From contig SVBF01000007.1 in the NCBI GenBank assembly GCA_015058945.1, positions 2,230 through 66,229 on the forward strand: a DNA stretch of 64,000 nt, written 5' to 3'. This document shows, piece by piece, positions 1 to 9,235 of this stretch (position 1 is the first letter of the stretch; every line of letters begins with the position of its first letter). Made by a program: the position numbers and the translations under genes. A model generated the notes under the pieces. That model did no database searches and was not told the DNA's origin. It worked only from the letters and a program-made list of their open reading frames with translations. Source of the stretch: Erysipelotrichaceae bacterium (GTDB lineage: Bacteria > Bacillota_I > Bacilli_A > RFN20 > CAG-826).

Positions 1-402
1 CCGGTGCGGAGGACGAAGTTGATCCACATCGGCATGACGAAGAGCATGACCATGACGTAGTTCTTGTTGACTTTCTTATCCGCGAGCAAATAGGCGATCG
101 GATAGCCGATGAGAAGGCAAAAGATGGTGTTGAGGATGCCGATGAAAAGCGACACCACCAAGACATTGAGCTTCGTCGGCGAGGAGAAGAACTCGACGAG
201 CGAGTTCCAGCTGAACGTCAGGTTGCCGAGGTCGTCCGTCTTGGTGAAGGCGTAGACGAGGATGATGACGATCGGGATGAGGACGAAGAGAATGAGGAAG
301 ACGAAGTAAGGGATCGCGAGGTACTTCCTTTTGAAGGACATGATCCGCTTCAGCGTCTTCAGCCCGTTATGGGAACGGTGCTGGGACTTAGTCGATGGCA
401 TA
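1..402 (-). CDS. potB: spermidine/putrescine-type ABC transporter permease (PotB-like); 3' end cut by window edge
   Basis: Minus-strand frame reads MPSTKSQHRS...IPYFVFLILFVLIPIVIILVYAF...MPMWINFVLRTG, a polytopic ABC permease. Its start overlaps the potA stop by 4 nt. Confidence 0.65.
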
Positions 403-1914
403 TTCCTCGATCCCCTTCTTTAACCGCAAGGCGATGTCCTTTTTGTCGATGGCGATGGAAACGAGGTCGTGGACGTTCCAGGTATAGGGGGAGTTCGCGA
501 CGAAATCCTCCTCATCGTCGGTGCGGATGATGTATTGCCAGTGGTCGCCGATCCAGACGCTCGAGATGATCGTGCCTTGGCTCTGACCGGCGCTCAAATC
601 GTCGGAGAGGGCGATCTTGTCGAGGCCGACTTCGGCGACGACGGGCGCGTTCTTGAGGTCGTATTTCTTGCCATCGGGCCCGATGAGGTAACCGTCCTCG
701 TCGAGCTTGGAGCCCTTGAGGAGCTGGGTCACGTCGCACTCGAACGGATCCTCGCCGATGATGACGCGGTTGGCGTTGTCGATGAGGGCGTCGGCGTACT
801 GGTTGATGGTGAAGTCCTTGTGCATGAGCTGGAGGTTCTCCGGGTCGACCTTGATGGCGACGGTCTTGCCCACCTCGTGGTTACGGGTATCGCGGCAAAG
901 GACCTCGTTCTTGCCGACTTTGACGATGTATTCGTAATGGACGCCTTTGAAGATCTTGGACTCGATGACGCCGTCGGCGATGCCTTTGCCCGCCTCGACG
1001 AGGATGACGTCCTCGGGACGGATGACGATGTCGACTTTCTCGTTGACCTCGAAGCCTTCTTCCTTGGGACATTTCCAGACGGAGCCGATGAAGCGCACGC
1101 GTTCGGGCGCCTCGATCGTGCCGTTATAGATGTTGGATTCGCCGATGAAGTCCGCGACGAAGGCGTTGACGGGTTCGTTATAGATCTGCTCGGGGGTGCC
1201 GACTTGTTGGATCTCGCCCCGGCGCATGACGACGATGCGGTCGGACATGGTGAGGGCCTCTTCCTGGTCGTGGGTGACATAGAAGAAGGTGATGCCGAGC
1301 TTCTTGTGCATTTCCTTGAGCTCGACCTGCATGTCTTTCCTCATCTTGTGGTCGAGGGCGGAAAGAGGTTCGTCGAGCAAGAGAACCTTGGGCTCGTTGA
1401 CGATGGCGCGGGCGATCGCGACGCGTTGCTGCTGGCCGCCGGAAAGGGTGGAGACGTCGCGGTCTTCCATCTCGTCGAGGTCGACGATCTGCAAGGCGCG
1501 GAGCACCTTCTCGTCGATGACCTTGGCGGAGAGGCGCTTCATCTTGATCTTCTTGTTGCCTTTTTTGTCGGTGACCTCGACCGGGATGCGCTTGAGCTTC
1601 AGCCCAAAGGCGACGTTATCGTAGACGTCGAGGTGCGGGAAGAGGGCGTAATGTTGGAAGACGGTGTTGACCGGGCGCTTATAGGGCGGAAGGAGGGAAA
1701 TGTCCTCGCCGTTAAGCAAAATCTCGCCGGAACTCGGTAGTTCGAATCCCGCGATCATGCGCAAGGTCGTGGTCTTGCCACAACCGGAGGGGCCAAGTAT
1801 CGTGATGAACTCCCCCGCTTTGACGTCAAGATTGAAGTCACTGACGACGGTGACGCCGTCCTCGAAGCTTTTCACGACATGCTTCAAGGCGATGATCGTT
1901 GCTTTTTCTTCCAT
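388..1914 (-). CDS. potA: spermidine/putrescine import ABC transporter ATP-binding protein
   Basis: Walker A GPSGCGKTT, LSGGQQQRVAIARA signature and Walker B LLLDEPLSALD. A long PotA-type C-terminal regulatory extension is present. Confidence 0.85.
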   Translation of the reverse strand: MEEKATIIALKHVVKSFEDGVTVVSDFNLDVKAGEFITILGPSGCGKTTTLRMIAGFELPSSGEILLNGEDISLLPPYKRPVNTVFQHYALFPHLDVYDNVAFGLKLKRIPVEVTDKKGNKKIKMKRLSAKVIDEKVLRALQIVDLDEMEDRDVSTLSGGQQQRVAIARAIVNEPKVLLLDEPLSALDHKMRKDMQVELKEMHKKLGITFFYVTHDQEEALTMSDRIVVMRRGEIQQVGTPEQIYNEPVNAFVADFIGESNIYNGTIEAPERVRFIGSVWKCPKEEGFEVNEKVDIVIRPEDVILVEAGKGIADGVIESKIFKGVHYEYIVKVGKNEVLCRDTRNHEVGKTVAIKVDPENLQLMHKDFTINQYADALIDNANRVIIGEDPFECDVTQLLKGSKLDEDGYLIGPDGKKYDLKNAPVVAEVGLDKIALSDDLSAGQSQGTIISSVWIGDHWQYIIRTDDEEDFVANSPYTWNVHDLVSIAIDKKDIALRLKKGIEEYAID

Positions 1915-2296
1915 AGATTACCTCCCACTGAAGAAAGACAATGAATGTAGACGTTGAGCGGCTTTTTGAGGAGTCCGATTTCAACGGCGCAAATTGTGGG
2001 GACAAAACATCAAAAATGCAACACAATTTTTCGCTCATTTTTTCGCCGCGAAAACCAGCGAAATAAAAAAGTGGCTTTTCATCGGCTACATCGAAGGAAA
2101 ACGGGATAAAAAATTTTTCAAAAAACGCGAAGGAAAATGGGGGCTAATTTTCGCGTTTCAAACCCTGATGGTTCCCCCACCCCTTTTTTGAACGAAAACC
2201 CGGGGTCTTTCCCTAGCGATTCCTCGCCTTTTTTTCGCCACGAATCCGACCCGGTTTTCGCGGTCAGGCATACGCTCTTTCTCTCGTCCTGCTAAA

Positions 2297-3436
2297 ATGG
2301 TTGCCATGAAGACGCGCCGTCTCCTTCCATTCCTCGCTTTGCCCCTGCTCCTTGGCGGCATGGTTTCGTGTGGTCAGGAAGAGACCGGAACCCCGGTCAA
2401 CCTCCGCTTTGGCAGCCTCATCGGCAATCGTGTGGAAGACCCCATCGACAACACCAGCCAGCTCCGCTTCATCAAGAAATCGAAGCTTCGGACCCTCATC
2501 AGCGAGAAGGCCAACTTCCTTTTATTGCTCCATGGCTCGGCGGACACTTGCAGTTGCTACACCACCTGGCATAACGAGATCCTCGCCCCTTATGCCAAGC
2601 GACATAAGCTTTTGATCTACGCGATCACCCTAAGCGAATTCGAGTCCGATGAGGATTACTATGGCCTTAAGCGCGTCAGCGGCTATGACACCCTCGCCGT
2701 CTTCCGCGATGGAGAGGCCGCTTACCAAAAATGCACCGATAACGAGACCGACCCCTTCGTCACCACCTATGCCGGCTTTGCCGAATGGATGGGCAAGCGC
2801 GTCAAAGACCCCAAGATCTTCTACGTCGACGAAGAGATCCTCGATTCCTATTACGAAGGTGATACCTCTTTCACCATATATTACGGGCGCGACACGTGCG
2901 GGGACTGCGGCTACCTCAACCGCACCGCCTTGGCGAGCTACCTCGATGCCCATGACCACACCGACGCCGATTTCCTCTACATCGACTTCGACGCCTATCG
3001 CCCAAGCCGAGGCGACGACGATTACGAAGAAAGGATGGTCACCTATAACGAAATGAAGGCCAAATACGGCCTCGCTTGGTCGGAGGAGAACCCCGCCGGC
3101 TATGGCGAAGGCGCCTTCCCCACCGTCTATTACGTCAACCCCGACGGCGTCTCCTATACCGGGGACGTGATCGAGGCTTCGGGCGTCTTCTATAACGAGA
3201 CCATCGACGAAGAGGGCATGGTCCATGACGCCTACTTCACCAAGGCCCGTTACGAGGAGGCCAAAGACACCTACTTCACCTACCTCGCCGACTCTAGCCT
3301 CGCCAAGAAATGGATCGACGAGGAGAACTTCGCCTCCGCCCCCGACAAATCGCGGGCGAAATGGCATGACTTGCTCGCCCCGTTAGAGGAACCGATCTTC
3401 AACACCTTGCTCGCCTATTGCGTCGGCGGCAAGTAA
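2297..3436 (+). CDS. lipoprotein of unknown function
   Basis: Signal peptide plus lipobox (LLLGGMVSCG); the rest is D/E/Y-rich with no family assignable by eye. Confidence 0.55.
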   Translation: MVAMKTRRLLPFLALPLLLGGMVSCGQEETGTPVNLRFGSLIGNRVEDPIDNTSQLRFIKKSKLRTLISEKANFLLLLHGSADTCSCYTTWHNEILAPYAKRHKLLIYAITLSEFESDEDYYGLKRVSGYDTLAVFRDGEAAYQKCTDNETDPFVTTYAGFAEWMGKRVKDPKIFYVDEEILDSYYEGDTSFTIYYGRDTCGDCGYLNRTALASYLDAHDHTDADFLYIDFDAYRPSRGDDDYEERMVTYNEMKAKYGLAWSEENPAGYGEGAFPTVYYVNPDGVSYTGDVIEASGVFYNETIDEEGMVHDAYFTKARYEEAKDTYFTYLADSSLAKKWIDEENFASAPDKSRAKWHDLLAPLEEPIFNTLLAYCVGGK

Positions 3437-3451
3437 GCAAAGAAAAAGAAA

Positions 3452-3482
3452 AGCCGCCTTGGGGACGTCCCTAGGCGGCTAT
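3452..3482. terminator. bidirectional intrinsic terminator
   Basis: GC hairpin AGCCGCCTTGGGGACGTCCCTAGGCGGCT followed by T-rich tract, between convergent genes. Confidence 0.5.
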
Positions 3483-3486
3483 TTCG

Positions 3487-3630
3487 CTATTCGATGTCGT
3501 TGCCGTTTTCGTCGACGGGAACGAGCTCGTCGGCAGGCGCGCCGCAGATGGGGCACGAACCATCCGGGTTCGCTTCGACGATCATCCCACACACTTTGCA
3601 GCGGTACTTCTGAACTTTGGTCTCGGGCAT
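3487..3630 (-). CDS. small rubredoxin-like / zinc-ribbon protein (47 aa), absent from the ORF track
   Basis: MPETKVQKYRCKVCGMIVEANPDGSCPICGAPADELVPVDENGNDIE carries a CxxC-x13-CPxCG pair typical of rubredoxin-like metal sites. A good RBS (AAAGGAG) sits 8 nt upstream of the ATG. Confidence 0.5.
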   Translation of the reverse strand: MPETKVQKYRCKVCGMIVEANPDGSCPICGAPADELVPVDENGNDIE

Positions 3631-3667
3631 GTGATTACTCCTTTGCCACTATTGTAGCGGAGAAATA

Positions 3668-5008
3668 TCAGTCCGCAAGAGTTCCCATCGGGTCCCACGG
3701 ATTCAAATGCACGGGCACCTTCTTCGCGGCCGAAATCTGTTCCTTGGTGAGGTATTTGTTCTTGACGACGGCCTGGTAGACGAAGCGGTCGAACCAGGAG
3801 TCGGACATGACGTAGTAGCCGCTGCTTCCGCTATCGGTACCCCAGGAGTTCTCGATTTTCCATTTGAGGGGTTTGCCGTCCTCGAGGTCGACGCCGACGA
3901 TGCACATCGCGTGGTTCATCGCGCTGTGACGGTAATCGAGCATCGCGCCCTTGTCGAAATGGAGGCCGAAGCCTAAGGCGGATTCGTAATCGAAGGCCTT
4001 GTCGTCCCAAGCGAAGGAGGCGCGGTCGCGATAGAAGGAGACGTCGCTGCCGAACCAGACGATCTCGCCGTCGAGCAACTGGCGGATGATCGCGTCCTTC
4101 ATGTCCTTCATCTCCACGTTGAGGTGGTTGATCGATTTGCCCTCGATGACGTTGCCGAGGTAATCGATGGTGAAGTTGCGCATGAAGGGTTTATCTTCGG
4201 TGGGCGAATTGATGAGGGATTGATATTCCTCGATCTCCTTGCCGACGAATTTGTCGAAGAAGGACTTCGGGGTGAAGGTTTCCTTATGGAATTTTTCCTT
4301 GGAGTCGTTCCATTCGAACTCGAACTTCTTCGGGGGCACCCCAAAGGCGTCGAAGAAGAGGCGATAGACGTTTTCCATGGCCTTGTCCTTGACCGCGCGA
4401 ATCTCGCTCTTCTTGCCCTTGACGGAGAGTTCGTGGGCCTGATGGGCGAAGTCGCGGATGATCGCGGCGACGAGGAAATTGGTCTCACGGGTATGCTCGG
4501 AATGGTAGGTCTCGGGGAAGCAGTCCTTCGGCATCAAGCCGTATTTGCGGACGAGGTTGACGAACATGTCCCATTGGCCGCCGTCGCTGACGGGGTCTTG
4601 GAGGATGAATTGGAAGACGCGCTCGTTGGGGGAATACTGGGCCAAGGAAATCACGGATTCCAACGCGAAGTTCGCCTTCTCGATCTTGTCGTAGAGGGAG
4701 ATGTAATTCTGGCTGAGTTCGAATTGGCCGGTGGTGCCGAGTTTCTTCGCCACGATTTCGCGGAGGACGTTAAGCCCGGCGAAGATCCAGCAACGGCCGG
4801 AATTCTTCTGGTTGGTGACGGGCATGGTCTTGATCTCGTTGGAGAAGACCATCGAGGTCTCGGCGATCGCCTGCGACTCATGGACGATGTCGGTGAGGGT
4901 TTCGCGGCAGAGGGCGTGGCGGACGACGGTGTTGCGTTGGTCTTCCAGATAATCGGAAAGAATTTTGTTTTGGCTCACTAAATCCAAAGAGCCTTCGATG
5001 TTGGGCAT
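3668..5008 (-). CDS. pepC: aminopeptidase C (bleomycin-hydrolase family, C1-like cysteine peptidase)
   Basis: Active-site region QKNSGRCWIFAGLN, length ~445 aa, RBS GGAGGAAACACC before the ATG. Confidence 0.85.
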   Translation of the reverse strand: MPNIEGSLDLVSQNKILSDYLEDQRNTVVRHALCRETLTDIVHESQAIAETSMVFSNEIKTMPVTNQKNSGRCWIFAGLNVLREIVAKKLGTTGQFELSQNYISLYDKIEKANFALESVISLAQYSPNERVFQFILQDPVSDGGQWDMFVNLVRKYGLMPKDCFPETYHSEHTRETNFLVAAIIRDFAHQAHELSVKGKKSEIRAVKDKAMENVYRLFFDAFGVPPKKFEFEWNDSKEKFHKETFTPKSFFDKFVGKEIEEYQSLINSPTEDKPFMRNFTIDYLGNVIEGKSINHLNVEMKDMKDAIIRQLLDGEIVWFGSDVSFYRDRASFAWDDKAFDYESALGFGLHFDKGAMLDYRHSAMNHAMCIVGVDLEDGKPLKWKIENSWGTDSGSSGYYVMSDSWFDRFVYQAVVKNKYLTKEQISAAKKVPVHLNPWDPMGTLAD

Positions 5009-5210
5009 GGTGTTTCCTCCGTGACGTAATGAATTTTACCCCTAGTGCGGGCGCGCTTCAATCAAAGTGCGCCCCTCCAAAAAAAGCGCAGACGGGCCAC
5101 GCTTTTTCCGGGTTATCGGGAGATTTTTATCGCGCCGGCATCCCTCGGCAAGGGGAGGGTTTGTTTTTCCCTGCATATAGAATAACGGCAGGCACAAAGA
5201 AATCAAGGAA

Positions 5211-5234
5211 AAGTTAAGAATAATTAACAATAGG
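5211..5234 (-). promoter_or_regulatory. candidate operator/promoter element (GTTAA-N6-TTAAC), copy 1, upstream of pepC leader
   Basis: 24 nt AAGTTAAGAATAATTAACAATAGG; 20 of 24 positions match a second copy at 9508-9531. It is followed on the minus strand by a TTGATT -35-like hexamer. Confidence 0.35.
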
Positions 5235-5238
5235 CTAA

Positions 5239-5631
5239 ATCGAGTAGAGCGGCGAGGTTTTAATCTCGCCCGTCCTCTCACACCACCGTACGTGCGGTTT
5301 TCCGCATACGGCGGTTCCAATCAACATAACGCCTCCCTACGCTTGAGGTAGTACGTGAGGGGGTTCGTCAGTCCGCCGAGTTCCAGCAGGGAGTCCGACA
5401 CGAATGGGGCGAACGTCCCGCTTTTTGCGATTTTAGCGTATCGGTTGCCTTGGTTTGCTAAGCCCTTCGCGTTGCGCCTCCTATCGGGTTCCTGTTCGTA
5501 GGGTCTCGGTTTCGCCTCCCCCTTCTTTCCCGCCTCGGTCGCCCGAGTAAGGTTGGGGTTGGCTATGCTGGGTTTCTTTACAAGGCCACCCAACGAGGAC
5601 TTTCACCTCAGGCCTGTGATGTGCCCGTCAC
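5239..5631 (-). mobile_element. ORF-less group II intron-like ribozyme (class C-like); domain V and VI recognisable
   Basis: Minus-strand 5283-5314 is CCGCCGUAUGCGG-AAAA-CCGCACGUACGGUGG, a canonical domain V with a 9-bp lower helix, AC bulge and tetraloop. A domain-VI-like helix follows, with a bulged A 7 nt before a terminal ..CGAU. The 5' region reads GUGACGGG...GAGGUGAAAGUCC. The element lies immediately 3' of a terminator hairpin and has no IEP ORF. Both boundaries are approximate. Confidence 0.6.
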
Positions 5632-5664
5632 ATAGAAAAGACCGCCAAGGGGCGCTTGACGGTC
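5632..5664 (-). terminator. intrinsic terminator of the acidic lipoprotein gene
   Basis: Minus strand GACCGUCAAGCGCCCCUUGGCGGUC hairpin followed by UUUUCU. Confidence 0.5.
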
Positions 5665-5675
5665 AATCTGAAGAC

Positions 5676-6518
5676 TTATTCTTCCTCGGCGGTCGGATCG
5701 CCATAGGAGTAATCGAACTGCGCTTCGAGCCGATTGCCATCCCCATCCGCGTATCGCGTGATGAGAGGGACTTCCTCGACTTCCTCAAAGTTCATGGCTA
5801 TGGCGTGGGCTTCGTAGGATTCGGATTCTTCATCAAGTTCGACGAGAAGCTCTTCCTCTTCGCTCTCTTCGACGCTAAGGACTTCGCCAAAGGCGTAGGA
5901 GAGTCCGAAGCCAAAGCCCTCGGGATAGGTGTAATAGGTTTCGCCGAGCACGTCGAGGTAGAGATCCCCTTCCGCGATTTCGGCTTCCTCTTCGTATTGG
6001 GCCTCGACGATCCCCTCGAGATCATCGACGTGGGCGAGGAATCGCAAGCCAAAGTCCAGATAAAGGGCGGAGGAGGTGAGGTAGAGGTTAGCCTGGGAGG
6101 AGGCTTCCTCATATAAGGCATAGGCCGCTACGCCTTCGATCCGTTCGTATTCTTCCCCGTCTTCGCTCTTGACGACGTAATAGAGCGGCTCCGCGCCTTC
6201 TTCCTCTTCTTCCTCTTCTTCATAGCCGCCATAGAGGATTTGGAGTTGCTCTGCCTCCTCACCGATGATGGTGGTGCTGGAATAGAAGGATTCTTCCTCG
6301 AAGGAGATGCCGAAGATGGTGATGTAGGTCGCTTCCTCGATATGGTTGATGGAGCGGAAGGAGAGCGAGGCGAAGGGTAGTTCCGTGAGCTGGGCGTATG
6401 CCGCGACCGCTTCCTCGGCCGAAGCCTGGACTTTCTCGCGGTCCGCCACAACGCGGTTGCTCCCGCAAGAAACGAGGGCGAATAGGGGCAATGCCAAGGC
6501 GATTTTGCGTTTGTTCAT
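5676..6518 (-). CDS. acidic (Glu-rich) lipoprotein, unknown function; likely last gene of the feo operon
   Basis: Lipobox LFALVSCG, poly-E run EEEEEEEE, RBS AAAGGGGAAAT. It sits directly after the small feoB-coupled ORF. Confidence 0.55.
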   Translation of the reverse strand: MNKRKIALALPLFALVSCGSNRVVADREKVQASAEEAVAAYAQLTELPFASLSFRSINHIEEATYITIFGISFEEESFYSSTTIIGEEAEQLQILYGGYEEEEEEEEGAEPLYYVVKSEDGEEYERIEGVAAYALYEEASSQANLYLTSSALYLDFGLRFLAHVDDLEGIVEAQYEEEAEIAEGDLYLDVLGETYYTYPEGFGFGLSYAFGEVLSVEESEEEELLVELDEESESYEAHAIAMNFEEVEEVPLITRYADGDGNRLEAQFDYSYGDPTAEEE

Positions 6519-6522
6519 GACG

Positions 6523-6705
6523 TTATTTCCCCTTTTTGAATTTCATTTTATGGAACTCGCGCACCAGTCTCTTGCCCCGTCCTTCCGAATCGCATTCGTC
6601 GAGAAAGAGCGAAGGCATGCCTTTTTTCTTCCTTCTGCCATCGTAGACGAAGATACCGATGACATAGAGGGCTAAGGCCGAGACGATGATGATCGCTGGG
6701 ATCAT
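6523..6705 (-). CDS. small single-TM protein translationally coupled to feoB (FeoB-associated small membrane protein-like)
   Basis: MIPAIIIVSALALYVIGIFVYDGRRKKKG... with one TM helix and a basic stretch. Its ATG overlaps the feoB stop (ATGA). Confidence 0.4.
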   Translation of the reverse strand: MIPAIIIVSALALYVIGIFVYDGRRKKKGMPSLFLDECDSEGRGKRLVREFHKMKFKKGK

Positions 6706-8978
6706 TGAGCGAGCTCCTTTTCCAGTTTGGCCGCTTCTTCCTTCTTGCAGGCGTGGCGATACCAAAGGTATGCCAGGACGAAGATGAGGATGATGAGCGG
6801 GATGATGATGGCGAGGGTCCAGACGAAGTCAAACATGAGGCGAACCATAAGCGCGACGACGTAAGAGGTGCCAAGCCAGAAGAGGATGGTCCACTTGAGT
6901 TGGCCCTTGGGGAGTTCGCCTTTGGCCGTGGCGACCGCGGCGAAGCAAGGAATGGTCGTGAGGTTGAAGATCAAGAAGGCGACCAAGCCACCGAGGGAGA
7001 TGCCCGTGCCCATGACGAGGGCTTCGACGGCCGCTTCGCCACCGGCGACGGTGATGAAGGCATCGGCGACGACTTCCTTCGCGACGAGGCCTAAGGCGGA
7101 GGCGAGGGTCATGACCCAATATTCGCCGCCGAGGTTATTGCCAAAGCCGAGCGGGTAAAAGACCGGGGCGGCCATCTGGCAGAGGTTCTTGAGGATGGAG
7201 CCTTCGTAAGCGGCGACGGGCTGGCCGAATTCGTCGACCATCGAAGGGATGTATTGCCAAGAAGGCGTGAAGTTGGAGAAGACCCAGATGAAGAGCGCGG
7301 CGAGGACGATGATCGTGGACGCTTTGCGGACAAAGCCTTTGGTCTTGTCCCACATATGGATGCCGAGGGCTTTCCACTGCGGGGCATGGTAAGCGGGGAG
7401 CTCCATGATGAAGGGCGGAACTTTCTCGCGTTGGGTGGTCCAATGCATGAGGATGACCATCGCGATGGCGAGCACTAAGCCGACCAAGTACATGGAGAAG
7501 CCGACGAGATCGGCGTTCCAGCCCCAGCGGGAGGAGAGGATGGCGGCGACGGCGGCGACGGCGGTAACCTTCGCGCCGCAGCAGAAGAAGGCGATGACGC
7601 GGATGGTCGCGGTGCGCTCCTTATCGGTGTTGAGGGTACGGGTGTTGATCATCGCGGGCACGCCGCATCCATAGCCCATGAGCATCGGGATGAAGGCGCG
7701 TCCGGAGAGGCCGGCGCGGCGGAAGATGCGGTCGAAGACGAAGGCGACGCGGGCCATGTAGCCGGAATCTTCCAATAAGCTGAAGAAGAAGAACAGGCAG
7801 AGGATCTGAGGCAGGAAGCCGATGACGGCGAAGAAGCCATCATTGATGACCGACCCGAGCAAACCGATGGTCCAGTCCGGCGTGTTCACGCTCGCTAGGC
7901 CCTTTTCGATCATGTCCCAAATCCAGCCGGTGATGCCGTTGGTGATGTTGGCGAGGATGACACCGATGGAATTGATGCCACCGTCAGTCCAGAAGAGGCC
8001 CTCGAAATAGGGATTGCCCTCGAAGTTCATCGAGAAGGGCACACCCATGTGGCCGAGGTAGAAGAGGTCTTCCGAGAAAGTGAGGTGGAAGATCAAAAGC
8101 AACGCCACGAGGAAGATGGGGATGGCGGCCCAACGGTTGGTCAACACGCGGTCGATCTTGTCCGAGACGGAGAGTTTTTCCTTCGCGGCGACTTTATGTC
8201 CGCTGCGGGTCTTGACCAGGTTGGTGGTGATGTATTGGTAACGCTCGTCGGCGCTATCGGCCTCGAAGTCGGTGAGGATTCCCTCTTTGAGGATCTCCTG
8301 GCACTTTTTGACGAGTTCGGGGTTCTTTTCGGCCTCGATCTCATCGTTTTCCAGACCTTTGATCGCATGGAACAAGGGATGGCTCACTTCCTGATCCGCA
8401 TAGATTTTGCAGGCTTTTTCAACCGCTTTTGCGTATTTTCCGGAAGCGAGGACGGTGCTTCCCTTTCGCGGGGAAGAAGCCGCTTTGATGGCGATGGACA
8501 TCAAGGTATCGAGGTTGCTTTGGTGCAAGGCCGAGATGGCGACGACGGGGCAGCCGAGCTCTTTGGAGAGTTTCTCGGCGTCGATGAATTGCCCGTCTTT
8601 CTCCAAGACGTCGGTCATGTTGAGCGCGACGATCATCGGCACGTCCATCTCCATGATCTGCGTGGTCATGTAGAGGTTGCGCTCGAAGTTGGTGGAGTCG
8701 AGGACATTGATCACGACGTCCGGCTTCTCCTCGAGGATGAAGTTACGCGAGATGACTTCCTCTGGGGTATATGGCGAGAGGGAGTAGATGCCCGGAAGGT
8801 CGACGACGGTCGCGCTTTCCTTGGTCTTCTTGTTGCGGTAGACGCCCTCGCGCTTTTCAACGGTGACGCCCGGCCAGTTGCCGACATACGCCGTCGCGCC
8901 GGTGAGGGAGTTGAATAGGGTGGTTTTGCCGCAGTTGGGGTTACCGGCGAGGGCAACGACGATTTTCTTTTCCGCCAT
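6702..8978 (-). CDS. feoB: ferrous iron transporter B
   Basis: N-terminal G-domain GNPNCGKTTLFN and a large polytopic C-terminal domain; 758 aa. Confidence 0.9.
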   Translation of the reverse strand: MAEKKIVVALAGNPNCGKTTLFNSLTGATAYVGNWPGVTVEKREGVYRNKKTKESATVVDLPGIYSLSPYTPEEVISRNFILEEKPDVVINVLDSTNFERNLYMTTQIMEMDVPMIVALNMTDVLEKDGQFIDAEKLSKELGCPVVAISALHQSNLDTLMSIAIKAASSPRKGSTVLASGKYAKAVEKACKIYADQEVSHPLFHAIKGLENDEIEAEKNPELVKKCQEILKEGILTDFEADSADERYQYITTNLVKTRSGHKVAAKEKLSVSDKIDRVLTNRWAAIPIFLVALLLIFHLTFSEDLFYLGHMGVPFSMNFEGNPYFEGLFWTDGGINSIGVILANITNGITGWIWDMIEKGLASVNTPDWTIGLLGSVINDGFFAVIGFLPQILCLFFFFSLLEDSGYMARVAFVFDRIFRRAGLSGRAFIPMLMGYGCGVPAMINTRTLNTDKERTATIRVIAFFCCGAKVTAVAAVAAILSSRWGWNADLVGFSMYLVGLVLAIAMVILMHWTTQREKVPPFIMELPAYHAPQWKALGIHMWDKTKGFVRKASTIIVLAALFIWVFSNFTPSWQYIPSMVDEFGQPVAAYEGSILKNLCQMAAPVFYPLGFGNNLGGEYWVMTLASALGLVAKEVVADAFITVAGGEAAVEALVMGTGISLGGLVAFLIFNLTTIPCFAAVATAKGELPKGQLKWTILFWLGTSYVVALMVRLMFDFVWTLAIIIPLIILIFVLAYLWYRHACKKEEAAKLEKELAQ

Positions 8979-8979
8979 G

Positions 8980-9219
8980 TTATTTGCCCTCCTTCACTTC
9001 CACTTCGACGTTCACGGCCTCGTCTTTACGGAGCGAGAGCTCGTAACCGCGCAACGTGATTTCCAGAGGATCGCCTAAAGGCGCCTTCTTGCGGAGATAT
9101 ACCTCCGCCCCTGGTGTGAGACCCATGTCAAAGAGGCGATGACGGACGCGTCCTTCGCCATTCACTTTGACGATGGTACCTGCTTCGCCAATGCGAAAAA
9201 GGTCCAATGTTTTGATCAT
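8980..9219 (-). CDS. feoA: ferrous iron transport protein A
   Basis: 79-aa SH3-like FeoA (GEAGTIVKV...GLTPGAEV), immediately upstream of feoB. Confidence 0.8.
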   Translation of the reverse strand: MIKTLDLFRIGEAGTIVKVNGEGRVRHRLFDMGLTPGAEVYLRKKAPLGDPLEITLRGYELSLRKDEAVNVEVEVKEGK

Positions 9220-9235
9220 TTTCGTACCTCCGACG

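Noticed and set aside
469-1740. 423-aa plus-strand ORF antisense to potA
   Set aside because: Low-complexity D/G/V/A-rich translation typical of an antisense frame in GC-rich coding DNA. It fully overlaps the well-supported potA.
5283-5314. Domain-V-like hairpin as a simple intrinsic terminator
   Set aside because: No downstream U-tract. The bulged AC and the helix sequence match the group II catalytic domain too precisely, and a separate canonical terminator already sits at 5632-5664.
5239-5631. RNase P RNA or tmRNA in the pepC upstream region
   Set aside because: GAGGUGAAAGUCC superficially recalls the RNase P P4 strand. The remaining universally conserved RNase P blocks and any tmRNA tag or tRNA-like end are absent. 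The domain V/VI match favours group II.
8049-8918. 289-aa plus-strand ORF antisense to feoB
   Set aside because: Same antisense GC artefact, with no motifs, inside a confidently identified feoB.
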